Of a stretch of 64,000 nt of DNA, positions 1 to 12,118 are shown piece after piece; the first letter of the stretch is position 1, and every line of letters starts with the position of its first letter. Both the position numbers and the translations under genes were made by a program. Under the pieces are notes generated by a model. It worked only from the letters and a program-made list of their open reading frames with translations. It was not told the DNA's origin and ran no database searches. Source of the stretch: Balanoglossus misakiensis (Eukaryota; Animalia; Hemichordata); the NCBI GenBank assembly GCA_040954595.2, contig CM082586.2:6248509-6312508 (forward strand), given 5' to 3'.

Positions 1-57
1 GCGTGATGTTTTTTAACTGACATTTATCACTATATATATACAGTGTGTTGCACCTAC

Positions 58-3000
58 CCGCGTCGTACACAAACGCCAGGAAGCCCCGGTCGGCGGTGAT
101 GTCATCGGAAACGAAGCCTACCCACAGGGCATTGCTCTCTGACACAATATCCGGTGGCGGTACATTGCCGGCAAGTTGCAATATCTGATTCTGGCCGACC
201 TGGTCGCCCTCTCCGACGTAGACAAAATCGTAGTCGTATTCTGTGACGAAGTCGGCAAAGGTGAGAAGGATTCGCCTGCCTTCGTTGGCTCTGATGATCC
301 ATATAAAGGTACTACCCAGTGGGTAAGCGTCGGGGTAGTTCGGCGTCGTAAAATTAGCGAACCCGTCAATATCGAGGTCAATGTAGATATCTGTGAAAGG
401 TGAGATTTATATTGACAAATTTAATGAGCACGTCGAGTATATTGTTATAAGAAAAACAACCGGGAAAACAAGCACAGTTTCTGTCTTTGTATCGAGGCAC
501 TCGCGCATTATATGTTGTTTGGCGATCATTTCCGTACGACAATATTCGACACGAAGTTAATACGGAGATAATAAACACAGATTAAATATGGAAATGACAT
601 GAATATGGATGAGGGTATGAATTACCTGGGCTTGGGGTGCTTTGGGGAAGTTCTGGGGTGCTTTGGGGAAGTTCTGTTGGCCGGGGTTCTGTAAACGAGA
701 GGCAATGAATCTCATCCTCGCCATCTTGGCAATCACTGATGCTGTTGCACACTTTGCTTGCATCCACACAACTTCCATCGCCACAGATGAATTCCTCCTC
801 TTGGCATCCTATAGCACAATTTATTTCAAAACGCGTGTTACAACGAAAAACATGAATAAATTAATAATAGTTACTTCATTAAGACGTAAAATACGGTGGC
901 ACTCGATAAACGAATATACCCAGCATGTATGTATAAAACACCCCCAGCCATGGTATATCACGAGATTTTGACCAGTTCACGACATATACGCACGAGCGAT
1001 AGCGAGTGCGTATATGGAGTTGAACTGGTCAAAATCGAGTGGTATACCATGGCTGGGGGTGTTTTATTGCTATTATATTATGCCAGTATATTGAAACTTT
1101 GCATAAAACATTTTAAAAAGGCATTTTCTTTAACTATGATATATGACTGTGGTATATGGCTAATATATCACGGTCACGTGTCGTGTCTCGACCAATCAAA
1201 TAGCGTGATTTACACCATCAATATACTGGTATAATATAATTGTAAATAATACATTTTTAAAAGTTTGCCAAAATATAACACAAATATATGATCGTTTGCT
1301 TATCATTGTTTGGAGATTAATGCTTTCTTATCACCAAACCTTTGGTTCATTCTGAACTATAAATGTTTCCTGTAACATCCAAGAATTATATTACACCTGC
1401 CTTAATTTGGAGAGTTTCATAAGAACCAATTAGTGTACAACATAACTGCCGATAAAATTGGGCGAGAAGTACATTTGAAAAATGATCGAGAACAACAAGG
1501 AAAACTCTTGTTGGTTGTGCCTACCAGGATTGTATGTTCCAATAAGAATTGTAAAACCCCTGTAAGACGTCAACGAATCTGAGGTGAACTTGAGCCACAT
1601 TTCGTTGTTGCTTGACGCAAAATTCACTGGCTTGTCCCCGCCGGACAGTCTTGCGATAAGGCTTGCCTCGCTGTACACGAGACCGTCTCCGAACGACAAG
1701 AAGTCGTAGTCTTGCTCGGTCTCAAAGTCGATGAACGCGACGTGGACGCGGGTCCCCGCGGCCGTGGTGGCAGTCCAAAAGCACTCCCTGTTGTCGCCAT
1801 AGTTGATAGGGTAATTGGGGGAAACAACGGGCACCGTGGTCACGTCCCCGCCTAAAACGATGTCCCGTCCGCACTCTGTTGGGTAATATTAAAATTGGTG
1901 TCGAGAAATTTTCAATTTAAAACACGTGCACACCAAGCAATCAGGAAATTGCTGCAACGAATGTCTGACGTATGTTTCCAAAACATCAGCACACAGAATT
2001 CAATTAATTTCAAGGACTTTGTCAGCAATGAAAATACACAAAAATAAATGTCCTCTTAGTCACTTATGCTCTTGTACCTATTTTGGAAGAAATACCAAAA
2101 TTGTATCGAAGATTGTTGATTGACGCTAAGGATCTACGCAAACAAAGTGACAAATAAACAAACAGACGGACAAAACCGGACAAGCATTTGGCTACCATCA
2201 CGAGAGAGGTGAACTTCCCGTATCAAAGAGCAAACGAAGCTGAATGGTGCCTTACCAGAGTTTGCCACGTATGTCCACACTGTACTGTCCTGACACCCTG
2301 TACCATTCTCTCTCTGAATCCACATGTGGTGGTCTTCGGAATACAGGAGCAGTGTCTTACTCGGCGGGAGTTCGGTGCTGTCGGTCACCCGAACGATCAT
2401 GCGACTTTCGACGTCCTGGCCACTGCCGACGGAGAACGCGAACCGGCAGTCGGCGGGCACGGTGGCGAAGTCGATGTACACGGCTGCGTACTTGGTCTCG
2501 ACGCCGTAGTAGATCCACGAGCATTCTTCGCCGTTGATGAAATTGCCTGGTAGTGTATCGTCATAGCCGTCCGCTGGTAAGCCGGAAATGTCAATCCATT
2601 GGCCACAGGCTAATATCCAACAACGTCAAAAAAGGCGAATAGTTAGAAAACAGTTACGCTCATAGTTTGGAAATTACAATTATGTCCAATCTATTCCACT
2701 CAAGCTGACAACGCCAGTTAAAAACAATCCATCGTTTACAGATGGGCAATCCACCTTCGGACAGCACTAACAATTGTAAGTATATCTTCAATATCACTAT
2801 ATTTGGCCTGAATGTTTTCAAGTTAGGGCCTATTGGACAAAGGGACTGACACACGGTGATATTAATTCCTCGACCCGATCACCGGAAGTGTCAGGTAGCT
2901 AATATTTTATTGTAAATGTTCTCACCGTCCCAAAGTCCTCCGTCGGGATCCATACACGAGTGTCCGTCTCCAGGTGTTGGGAAACAGAAGAAGTCGCACC

Positions 3001-4965
3001 CTCCGTTGTTTACAGCGCACTGATTGGTCCCTGAAAAACAAAATGGCGGTATCGCTCACTGATTCGAAATGGCCGATGATGCGTATACATGTATGTGGGG
3101 ATACGATTATAATCCAACAAACGGCTTGAATTGTGTGAAAATTCTTGCTGTTGCAAGCATCTGTTTTTCTCCCTTTTACTCATATGGCAAATTATTGCCT
3201 AAAAATGTTTATGTCAAACAACAATGCTGGAACACTTTGATGAGTACCCAAAATATCACTAATTTAGCTTTCGATATGTATTTGTGTACTGTATAATTAT
3301 AACCATCTCCACAGACGTATCGCTTCATTTCACACCTGAAATGAAAAATAAATCAAAGAAAACAAGATTACCATCGGGTCTGGATACGGAAGTGTCAACA
3401 AAGACGCTTGTCGGCTGAACATAGTCTTGGGGTCCGAACAGGTGTTGGTTTTCTCCACTCCGTGTCATGCGGAACAAAGCGTGCTCATCGACGGAGAAAT
3501 CAGTGAAGTAGATATAGCTGGAGTCAACAGCGACGTCTGTGACGGCCGCAACTGAAGATAGTATGGTTGAGACGGCACCGGTCTGCATGTCCTTAACCAT
3601 GATGGTCTCATCGTACCAGTCACCCCAGTAGAGCATTTTCCCTGAGTGAAAAATGAGGTTAATTAAAGTCAAATTATTATACTGACGTTTTGGGTCACAC
3701 AGAGAGATTTGTTACGAGTTACCTTGCATATCACCAAGGCTGCACAGGCATATATGACAAAACGGCGTTCATTCGTAGCTCTGCGTGGAAGGGCTGTAAG
3801 TAGTTTAACTGAGTAATGGTGTGGTCACGTGGTAACTATTCAAGAAACTTGACTTACCGACGTGGTCAATTGCCATTCCTATAACAGATCCTATGTCAGT
3901 GACATATTCCTCCATATTTCGACCGTCACACTGCGCCCGATAAATTGTGTAATTAAATTCGTCGGCCCAGAACATCCAGCTGCATTACAATAAATTGTGC
4001 CAGAAAATACAGAGTCAGTATTTCTAAGGGGGTGCGGACAAAAAAGTCGTATCGACCATTCAGTTTTGGTTTATTACATTAATGAATTTCTGTGATGGGT
4101 CATTTTGTGGACTAATGCATGCGCATAATTTGATTATGGGGCGAACACAGCTAGTGGGATCATATCTAGGGAACACTGATTTACACACACTTACCCGGCA
4201 ACGGCAGCTACCTCCAATGAAGCCGGACTGCTAAGACCGGAGAGTAACACCAACCTCATGCTACCGTCGAGTTTAGCGACTTCGATTGTCCCTCGCCCGT
4301 TGTCTGTCCAGTAGATGTTCCTCGAGAGCGGGTCCACGTTCAAACCCGATGGATCTGACGACAAAGAAAACAGGTGTTGAGAAAGAAGACAATCGCCACG
4401 TGGAAATTTGCGTACAGATCTTTTGACCTGGGTACATGTAGATACTATGTTAAGTTAATCGTAATCACTGCAGAGATTTGTAATATATGCGTTAAACTGT
4501 TTCGGTCAAAATATATCTAAACGTCAAATCATCACTCACTTATAACATTCCAACTTGCTATTGTAGAGGTTGTATAATAATCGTTGACTCTATGGGCCCG
4601 TTGAATCGATTCTCCCTCTTCGGCCCAGTATATTGACTCTGAAATCCAGTCGTAGGCCACTCTGCTGGGTGCCACGTCTGTGTACAGGGGCAAGGCGGGG
4701 TCAGTGATGTTCGGCGCGTCTGTGTATATCTGTCTAATTGTCGCTAACACGGTATCGCCGACCAGGACGAAATCTCCATCTGCAAAGAGAGGAAATAAAA
4801 TGACTTTAATATACATTGTACTGGAGAAGTACTGGTCGCTTAGAAAAAGGACAATGAAAAGTTGATTTTGGTCTGGTTTGCATAGATGAAGATGACGGCG
4901 ACAATAACGACTTCAACGGTCGATGATGGTGATGTGGTAGTAGAGGGTATCGATGGTGGTGGTGG

Positions 4966-5049
<84 letters not shown>

Positions 5050-8000
5050 CGACGACGACGACGACGACGACGATGATGATGATTCCACATCAGGAATATC
5101 ATATATTAGGACTTGATATTTACGCATAAAACAACATACCTAAACTGTCGTATAACTCGATTTCGAATCCTCTGCCGTCGATGACTTCGTCCGATGTAAA
5201 CCTGATCCAAATTTCACTGGAGCTAGAAACAACTCGGGGCGGTATGAAAGACCCCGATGTGGCGTATATAACAGAGTGTTCCATCGAATCATCTGAGCCA
5301 TTTCCAAGAATTACTTCATCGACAAAGTACTCTGTGTCAAGATCTACAAAGTTGACTATAATTTTTCTGCCATCGTCAACTGTTACTTTCCATAAGCAGT
5401 CGAGATTAGGCGGATATGCTCCGGGATAACTTGGTGACGAAATCACAATATTTCCACCCTGTTCGATAGAAATAGCTCCTCCGCACAAGGTTTCTGCAAG
5501 AGAGAATATTAGAATTTAATTTTGGTCAAAGTTTTAGTCGGTGATACATGTATACATGCATGACGATTTAAGTGATAGAATTTCGAATTTCAAATTCTTG
5601 GCATAATATTTACCTGTTGGCGTAGGTTGGTAAATTGTTGGTGTCGCCCCCTCGGTCGTCATGCGAGAAGTCGTGGCTTCTGCAGGTGTCTGTTTTGGTG
5701 TTGGTGGAGGGCCCTCGCCGGTCGTCATGCGAGAAGTCGTTGCTGCTGCAGATGTCTGTTTTGGTGTTGTTGGTACAACGCCCTCGGTGGTCACGGCAAA
5801 AGTGGTTGATTTGGTAATCGCCTCCGTCGGAGTTGTAGGTTTGACAATGCCCTCGGTCGTCAAGGGAGAAGTTGTTGCTTTCGCAGTTGTCCGAGCGTCA
5901 GTTGTTGGCAACGTTGCAGGTCGGTCTGTTGTGACGCCTTTAACTGTTGTTGCTGTTTTTGGTCCTGTGGTCTTGGGCTGCGTCGTTACAGCTGGCTCGT
6001 TCGTCTGCGTATGTGTGACTCCTGCAGATTATTATCATATAAAATCAACCATGAATTCCACTGTCGCTTGACAAGAGACTGATTTTCGAAGCAGTTTATG
6101 AAACTTTCTGCACTCATGAAAAGACAGCCACTGCTTACCTTGAGTGCTTTGGTGTACAGTGGTAGCTTTCACCGTTGTGACATCGGCATCAGTGGTGACG
6201 TCTATGACCCGTGATTGTGTTGTCCACCCGTGTGTACTAGGGGCGCCAGGCGTCACCTTGGGAGTTGTGTGGGCAGTGAGTGTTGTTCGCGCGGGCGTGT
6301 CTGTTACAACCCCTGGACTTTCAGTCGTCTTTCTCGGAGTTGGTGTTGGTGCTTCTTGAGTTGTCTTCTGTGTCGTTGTTACGGGTTCCGTGACTCGTCT
6401 CGCTGTTGTCACAGGTCTCTCTGTGGTTGCCGACTTCGTAGTCACCCGTGGTGCTTCGGTGGCTCCCCGAGTGGTCGCCTGCTGCGTCGGCTGTGGTGGT
6501 GGCGCTGTAGTGGTGCGCCTGCGTGGAGGTCTAATAACTGCAACAAAAAGTTCGTATTTCCATTTAAAAGAAAAATCATCCTTTCAATACACTATTACAT
6601 CCTCACTAAACGAGAAAAGCCACGACTGGTATATATTACAACTGACTGAAACACTCAGTATGGTGACGACGAAACGTTAATAGAAAGTCAAACTGTTATG
6701 TGACGTAGTTATTTCGCCACAGTGAGAGAGAGAGGGGGCGGAGAGAAGAGAAAGAGGGGGGAGAGGGGGAGATAGCGCGAGAGAGAGGTGGAGGGAGGGG
6801 AGAGAGAGAAAGAGACAGACAGACAGACAGACAGACAAAGAGAGACGGAGACAGACAGACAGACAGAAGAGAGCTGACACGTCACACCCACCTTGGATGA
6901 TTTCCACGCTGCCTTGCTGTATACCAATCGAAAGATACAGCCCTGACGGTGACATCATGGCATTGATCACTATATCAATGACATTCTCTCCGCTCGGCAC
7001 GTTCTCGAGTTCAATCGTTATCACTACAATGGTGAATCTGACTCTGACGCTGCCGGGACTGGAAGAGAAAGGCGATATTATTTCACCACTACATCTCATT
7101 CAGTATCTATGAAGCGTACAACAAGCCCATACTCATTCAAAACTCACAAATGTTAAAATGTGTCCAGCTGTACTTGAGCTGTATTTCTGTATTAGCGCGA
7201 CTACCCACAAGAAAACATTGGTAGTACAAAAAACAAGACGGTGTCAAATACTATACATGCACTCGCTTTCTTTAAAATAGCGGTCACTAAAAGTTTAATG
7301 AAAAGCGTGGGTATTAAAATGATGAGGCAACCTTGACGTATATGTTGACTCCTTAAGGATTTTATATAGAGCGCAACTCTCGTGGCATGCCCCTTGTTTT
7401 GTTTTCCATCGAGTCACACAGTATTTCGAATGCGGTAACATACCTGAATCCCGTGATGATTGTTTGATTGTATTGTCCTCCAAGAGAGCTATTCGAGTAA
7501 ATATTATCTAACTGTAAAATAAAAAGACAGAGTGTTTAGTATCGTTGTGAAAAATTTTCATTTTACTTGTGTCGGGACTGTTTCCAGCTCAGCTTCAAAG
7601 CCAGGCGCGACGAGGCCATTTTGTGAGAAGAGGGCCGGGCTAAATTATGTAAACATTTCCCCCCATTGGATAAAATGTCTGCAATCCCATCACTGACCTT
7701 ACTTTTCACTTCACGGCCAGAATTCGCCATAAAACTAAAAAAAATATGTATCTCTGTTTTGAATGCTTCAGACTTCGGAAAGCAAACCCTGCTTTGTGCA
7801 TGGCTTAAATTTGCAACCATGGAAACTGGCTTCTACTGTCTCTACCGCCACTGACGCCAACTCAAGTGATTCCCTTTCGTTTACACTTACATCTGCTAGT
7901 ACTTCTGCTTCCAGTTCTTTGTAACTGGCCGATTCTGGATCATTATAATCCTCTATAAAAATAAGTGTTCTGTTATTTAGTGTATCAATTGTCATGATAC

Positions 8001-10084
8001 CGTCTACCAATAACTCTCCTGCAAAACAAACAGAACAATATTTTAGTTTATACCCTCACGAGAAAAAAATAAATACAGCAAATGGCTTATACCTCAGCTG
8101 TTCCAGTCTTCACCCCCCCCCCCACCCCCCCCCCCACCCCGCACAGGGTCATTCATTTAGACAGACTGGCAACCCTGAGACGAATATTGTCCAATCAGCG
8201 TCCAGTAAATAATTTATGCATGCACCTACCTTCCTTCCCTTCTCTTATTGGATAAAGAGTTGTCACTGGCTCTGTGGGAACTAAAGAAACAGAAAATGAC
8301 AGAAATTACATTTTTGTCGTCTAATCAACAGGTATGCGGCTAGTGAAATGGTGAAACGATTAAGTAATCATTTTTTCAATCAATAAAGGGGAATTGTCTA
8401 CCAAACTCAGTCCGTCATAATCACAACTTATTCAGTGTAATAATGGTGCATGATATTTATTGGCATTAATTCTGTCACGAACAATCTTGACATGCAGGTA
8501 TACACTGCAAATAATCGTTATTCTTTTCGACACAAAGGACCACAGTCACGTGCTTAAGACACGTCACTACCTCGCCTCGCACTGCAACCTGGACAATTAG
8601 CCCCCTGTACACGTGGATATGCCAGCCCAAAGAATCTGGACGATTTGTTTACGCACCTACTGTCGTACGAGACGCCATGTCGTCTGCTGGGCCTGAAAAA
8701 GAATAAAAGGTATTTTTCACAGGACAAAGTAGCATGCTTATATGAACAACTTAGGATGGCGTGCCCCAATGGAGGTGCGGTCGACCTGGTCTTGTCTGTG
8801 CTTGATAATGTCTTTAGGTGAACGTGTTCTCGAGAAATTGAGAAGTGGTGTAATTTAATGCTTTTGTGGTGATGACATCCCATTTACCTCGTGTAAGGAC
8901 GTCTTGTAGACCCCCCCCCCATTAGAGGGCGCTGCACTTTTGATGGCGATTTTCCCACAGTCCACCCTTTTCAATATTCTAGTAAGACTACTTAAAGACA
9001 GTCTTTTTTTCTACGATATTCCCTCTGCGAGGCAAATCTGAAGCAAGTACATAACTTTATACAGCGACCCCTTAAGTTACTGCAAGAGCGACTAGAGGCT
9101 GTGTAGGACACCTTAATAGATGCACCCCTCTTTAAAGACACCTCTGTCCGTTCACAGCGAAATATCGAAGTAATAACGTTACCATACCACCCAAAGTTAA
9201 CATAATGATGAACACTCTGAAGTGAAAGCCAGAATTTTATCGGGTAAAAACTCTGGGCGTCGAATGACACTAGCCCCGGCGAAAGGTCAATTGAAGTTGG
9301 CGATTGATGATGACCAGACGAGGTGTCGACTTTCAGGATGCCATTATTTATCGTCTGCGGAGCCGACACATCTCGCCCGCCAGTTTGGCGTTGACAGGGC
9401 ATTTTTCCTCGATTGATCGCTTACACAGCAGGTCAATGGCGGTCAAGTGCAGCTTGTGGGGGTCATTGTGACTTATTGAGCAGAATTGTAGGTCTGGTAG
9501 TGTGGCCAGCGTGGGAAAGTGTCCATAACGAAGCTGAAAGTTTTTCGGCCATGAGAACATCATTGCCTCGCGTGCAAGGGTCTTTACATGCACGTGGATA
9601 CGAATGCTCCCCCTTATGGCAACCATGGAAACACACTTAGGCATATTCGCTATTTATCACGGAACCCACAACTAGTGGTTTGGACGCCAGTCCCACGAGG
9701 AAGGGATGATCAATATATTCGCACGGTTTTCCTCCAGGGGAAGCCCATAAGTAAAGATTTCATTTTGACAATGAGGGTCTTTTCAAACCCGCGGCACTTA
9801 CCAGTAAAATATATTGCTAGTCCCACCCCAACACCAATGGCAACAGCAAAGATTCCTAAGATGACACCAACGCATATCATTCCTCCCCTTCCCGATGAGT
9901 ACTTTACACCGGGGTGGTGATCATGTGGTCTCGGGGACGACGGTGGGAATCTCCGAGTTTTGATCTCCCCGTACGGCGTTGCGTATTGGTACACGGGGTC
10001 CATGTAGTCACCGTTAGAGAAGCTGTCGGTGCCGAGCGAGGACCTGTCGAACGCGTCATCGTAGTTTGGATTATACCGCGCCAT
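58..10084 (-). CDS. Gene 1 (3' end outside window): type II transmembrane mosaic protein, TM-SEA-mucin-CUB-YWTD beta-propeller-EGF-CUB-CUB-LDLa-CUB..., TTSP/enteropeptidase-like stem; >1325 aa, 17 exons visible
   Basis: Phase-consistent GT-AG exons in transcription order: 9802-10084 (ATG directly after the acceptor; TM ICVGVILGIFAVAIGVGVGLAIYF), 8230-8280, 7891-8018, 7444-7511, 6892-7058 (SEA, GFSPGSVRV), 6139-6537 and 5614-6021 (Thr/Pro mucin-like), 5140-5493 (CUB), 4540-4779, 4195-4354, 3858-3979, 3372-3641 (YWAE/YWTD/FWAD/YWGD/YFTD blades), 2926-3030 (EGF), 2256-2609 (divergent CUB), 1525-1875 (CUB), 626-808 (LDLa), 58-390 (CUB). The last exon ends at a phase-1 donor with no stop. No protease domain lies inside the window. 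Confidence 0.88.
2926..4779 (-). other. LDLR-class B (YWTD) beta-propeller plus EGF exons of gene 1
   Basis: ~264 aa over four exons with IYWAE, NIYWTDNGRGTIEVAKLDGS, MFWAD, LYWGD and IYFTD, followed by NQCAVNNGGCDFFCFP, the EGF typical after LRP propellers. Confidence 0.85.
4952..5083 (+). repeat. (GGT)n(GAT)n(GAC)n trinucleotide microsatellite, intronic in gene 1
   Basis: Read directly from the sequence. It explains the poly-D/poly-S/poly-H ORFs. Confidence 0.95.
6722..6870 (+). repeat. GA-rich / (GACA)n simple repeat, intronic
   Basis: Purine-rich tract with AGAC tetramers. Confidence 0.8.
6892..8018 (-). other. SEA domain exons of gene 1
   Basis: FIEDYNDPESASYKELEAEVLADLDNIY...ITGFSPGSVRVRF matches the SEA consensus, including the F-x-x-G^S-V autoproteolysis motif. 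Confidence 0.85.
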
Positions 10085-11148
10085 CTGTTGAACAGAGAAC
10101 AGAGACAAGAAATTAAGGTGATATATGCGCATCGGAGACTGATATTCGGAGAAAATGATCGTCCTCCGAGCCTTTCAGTTCCAGTTCTTTAAAACTGAGC
10201 CCACTCATGATAAACATGATAAAATGCACTGACCGAAAAGTGAGATAATATTGTGATAGCGGTGATTCATTGACCGGCGTCGAACTCATGACTGGAAAGA
10301 GACGACAGGGTTGAAATCTTGGGTGCTTCAGGTTGTGCTAAGCATAGACATTTAACAGATTAGATCATTTATCAATTACATGATGCTGTTGTGTCTATCA
10401 ACATGTATGTTGGCGGTTAATGCATATTACTAGTATGTGTCTGTGTCTATACAGCCTCTGAAGAAGGTCGTCTGTGTACGTCCGAAACGTTAGGAAGAAT
10501 AAAAAGATCGTTTGAAAAGTAGCAGATTGGTCTTGTCAAATACTTTTCACACCTCGTGAATACATTATCTACAAGCACCCGCTGCAAATTCCACAGATGG
10601 ACTGAGGTTGGACTGACCCACTTGATATTCATCACACAAATTATGTGTTAGGCTTTGTCTTGCCAATATGTGTAGCAAACACTATTTTGTCGATCATCAT
10701 TTCATAAATTACTTTGTATACCCAATCAGTAATAGCATATAAATGCGGACCGTTTTGTCTAACTGCCTTTGTGAGAATACCTGGTCGCGTACACCAGCAT
10801 CGCGACCGTTCATCAAGGGGGCCTTGACCCAGATATTCAGGTTGAAAAACACTGCCGTCCCATAGTTGAACAACAAGCTGGTTGGTGGCGTCCAGTACGT
10901 GCGAAATGCAGTGTCCGCGCGTTCTCAAGTTGTGTGAACGGTGTTTACGAGGGGGTGCTATTTCAAATACTAGTAAAGCCTTTGTCTATTGAGGATGTGG
11001 CTGATCAATACATAAAGACCAATGCCCGTGTCACAGTACTATTCCAGTGTACACCTGGTGACGGAAATAAAATTATTTCCTTGAAGGGGGAGCTTTTAAA
11101 ATTTGTTGGGTTTGACAGTGTCCCCTTACAACGTTCCACAAGCACTTA

Positions 11149-12118
11149 GGGACATTCATCAATATTTTTTGTTTTACAAGACAGCTACTCCAGCCTTCGC
11201 TTTCACTCCGTGGCATGACCGACAACTCGGACGAGGTGAGAGGGCGGCTGTATTTAATTGCTGGTGTATTGCATTCGACCGAAATCTCTCTGGGAGTCAT
11301 TGGCTTACCATGTCAATTCAGACACCCCCGCCACACCCAAATACCTGTGCCTGTACTGTCGCGTGTTTTTGCGTGAGTGACCCAGCGACATATCGCAAGC
11401 GTCTAGGTCGCACTCATGCACGACGCGTCAACCTAACTACGCAGCGCGTTTTAACGGAAACCGCAGCTATGATATCACATTGTTTAGAGAATAGTACATC
11501 CACAAAAATATATAACATCCTTAATTATTGAAATATTCGATCCATGGGTTAGTTCTAGATTCCCGGAAAAGTGATAATTAAATAAACAAAGACTTGTTGA
11601 TGTTTCAATATGATGAGGAAGGTGTCACCCTATTTGGGACATTCATCAATATTTTTGTTTTACAAGACAGCTACTCCAGCCTTCCCTTCACTCCGTGGCA
11701 TGACCGACAACTCGGACGAGGTGAGAGGGCGGCTGTATTTAATTGCTGGTGTATTGTATTTGACCGAAATCTCTCTGGGAGTCATTGCCTTACCATGTCA
11801 ATTCAGACACCCCCGCCACACCCAAATACCTGTGCCTGTACTGTCGCGTGTTTTTGCGTGAGTGACCCAGCGACATATCGCAAGCGTCTAGGTCGCACTC
11901 ATGCACGACGCGTCAACCTAACTACGCAGCGCGTTTTAACGGAAACCGCAGCTATGATATCACATTGTTTAGAGAACACTACAGCCACAAAAATATATAC
12001 ATCCTTAATTATTGAAATATTCGATCCTTGGGTTAGCTGTAAATTCCCGGAAGAGTGATTATTAAATAAACAGAAGTGGATGTTTCAATATGATGAGGAA
12101 GGTGTCACTCTACTTGGG
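11149..12118. repeat. Direct tandem duplication, two ~487-bp copies
   Basis: gggacattcatcaatatttt...gaggaaggtgtcac begins at 11149 and again at 11636. Copies are highly similar with scattered substitutions and give near-identical ORFs 11103-11531 and 11594-12058. Confidence 0.95.

Noticed and set aside
4806-5127. Poly-His, poly-Ser and poly-Asp ORFs
   Set aside because: GAT microsatellite in an intron. The flanking exons already join in phase.
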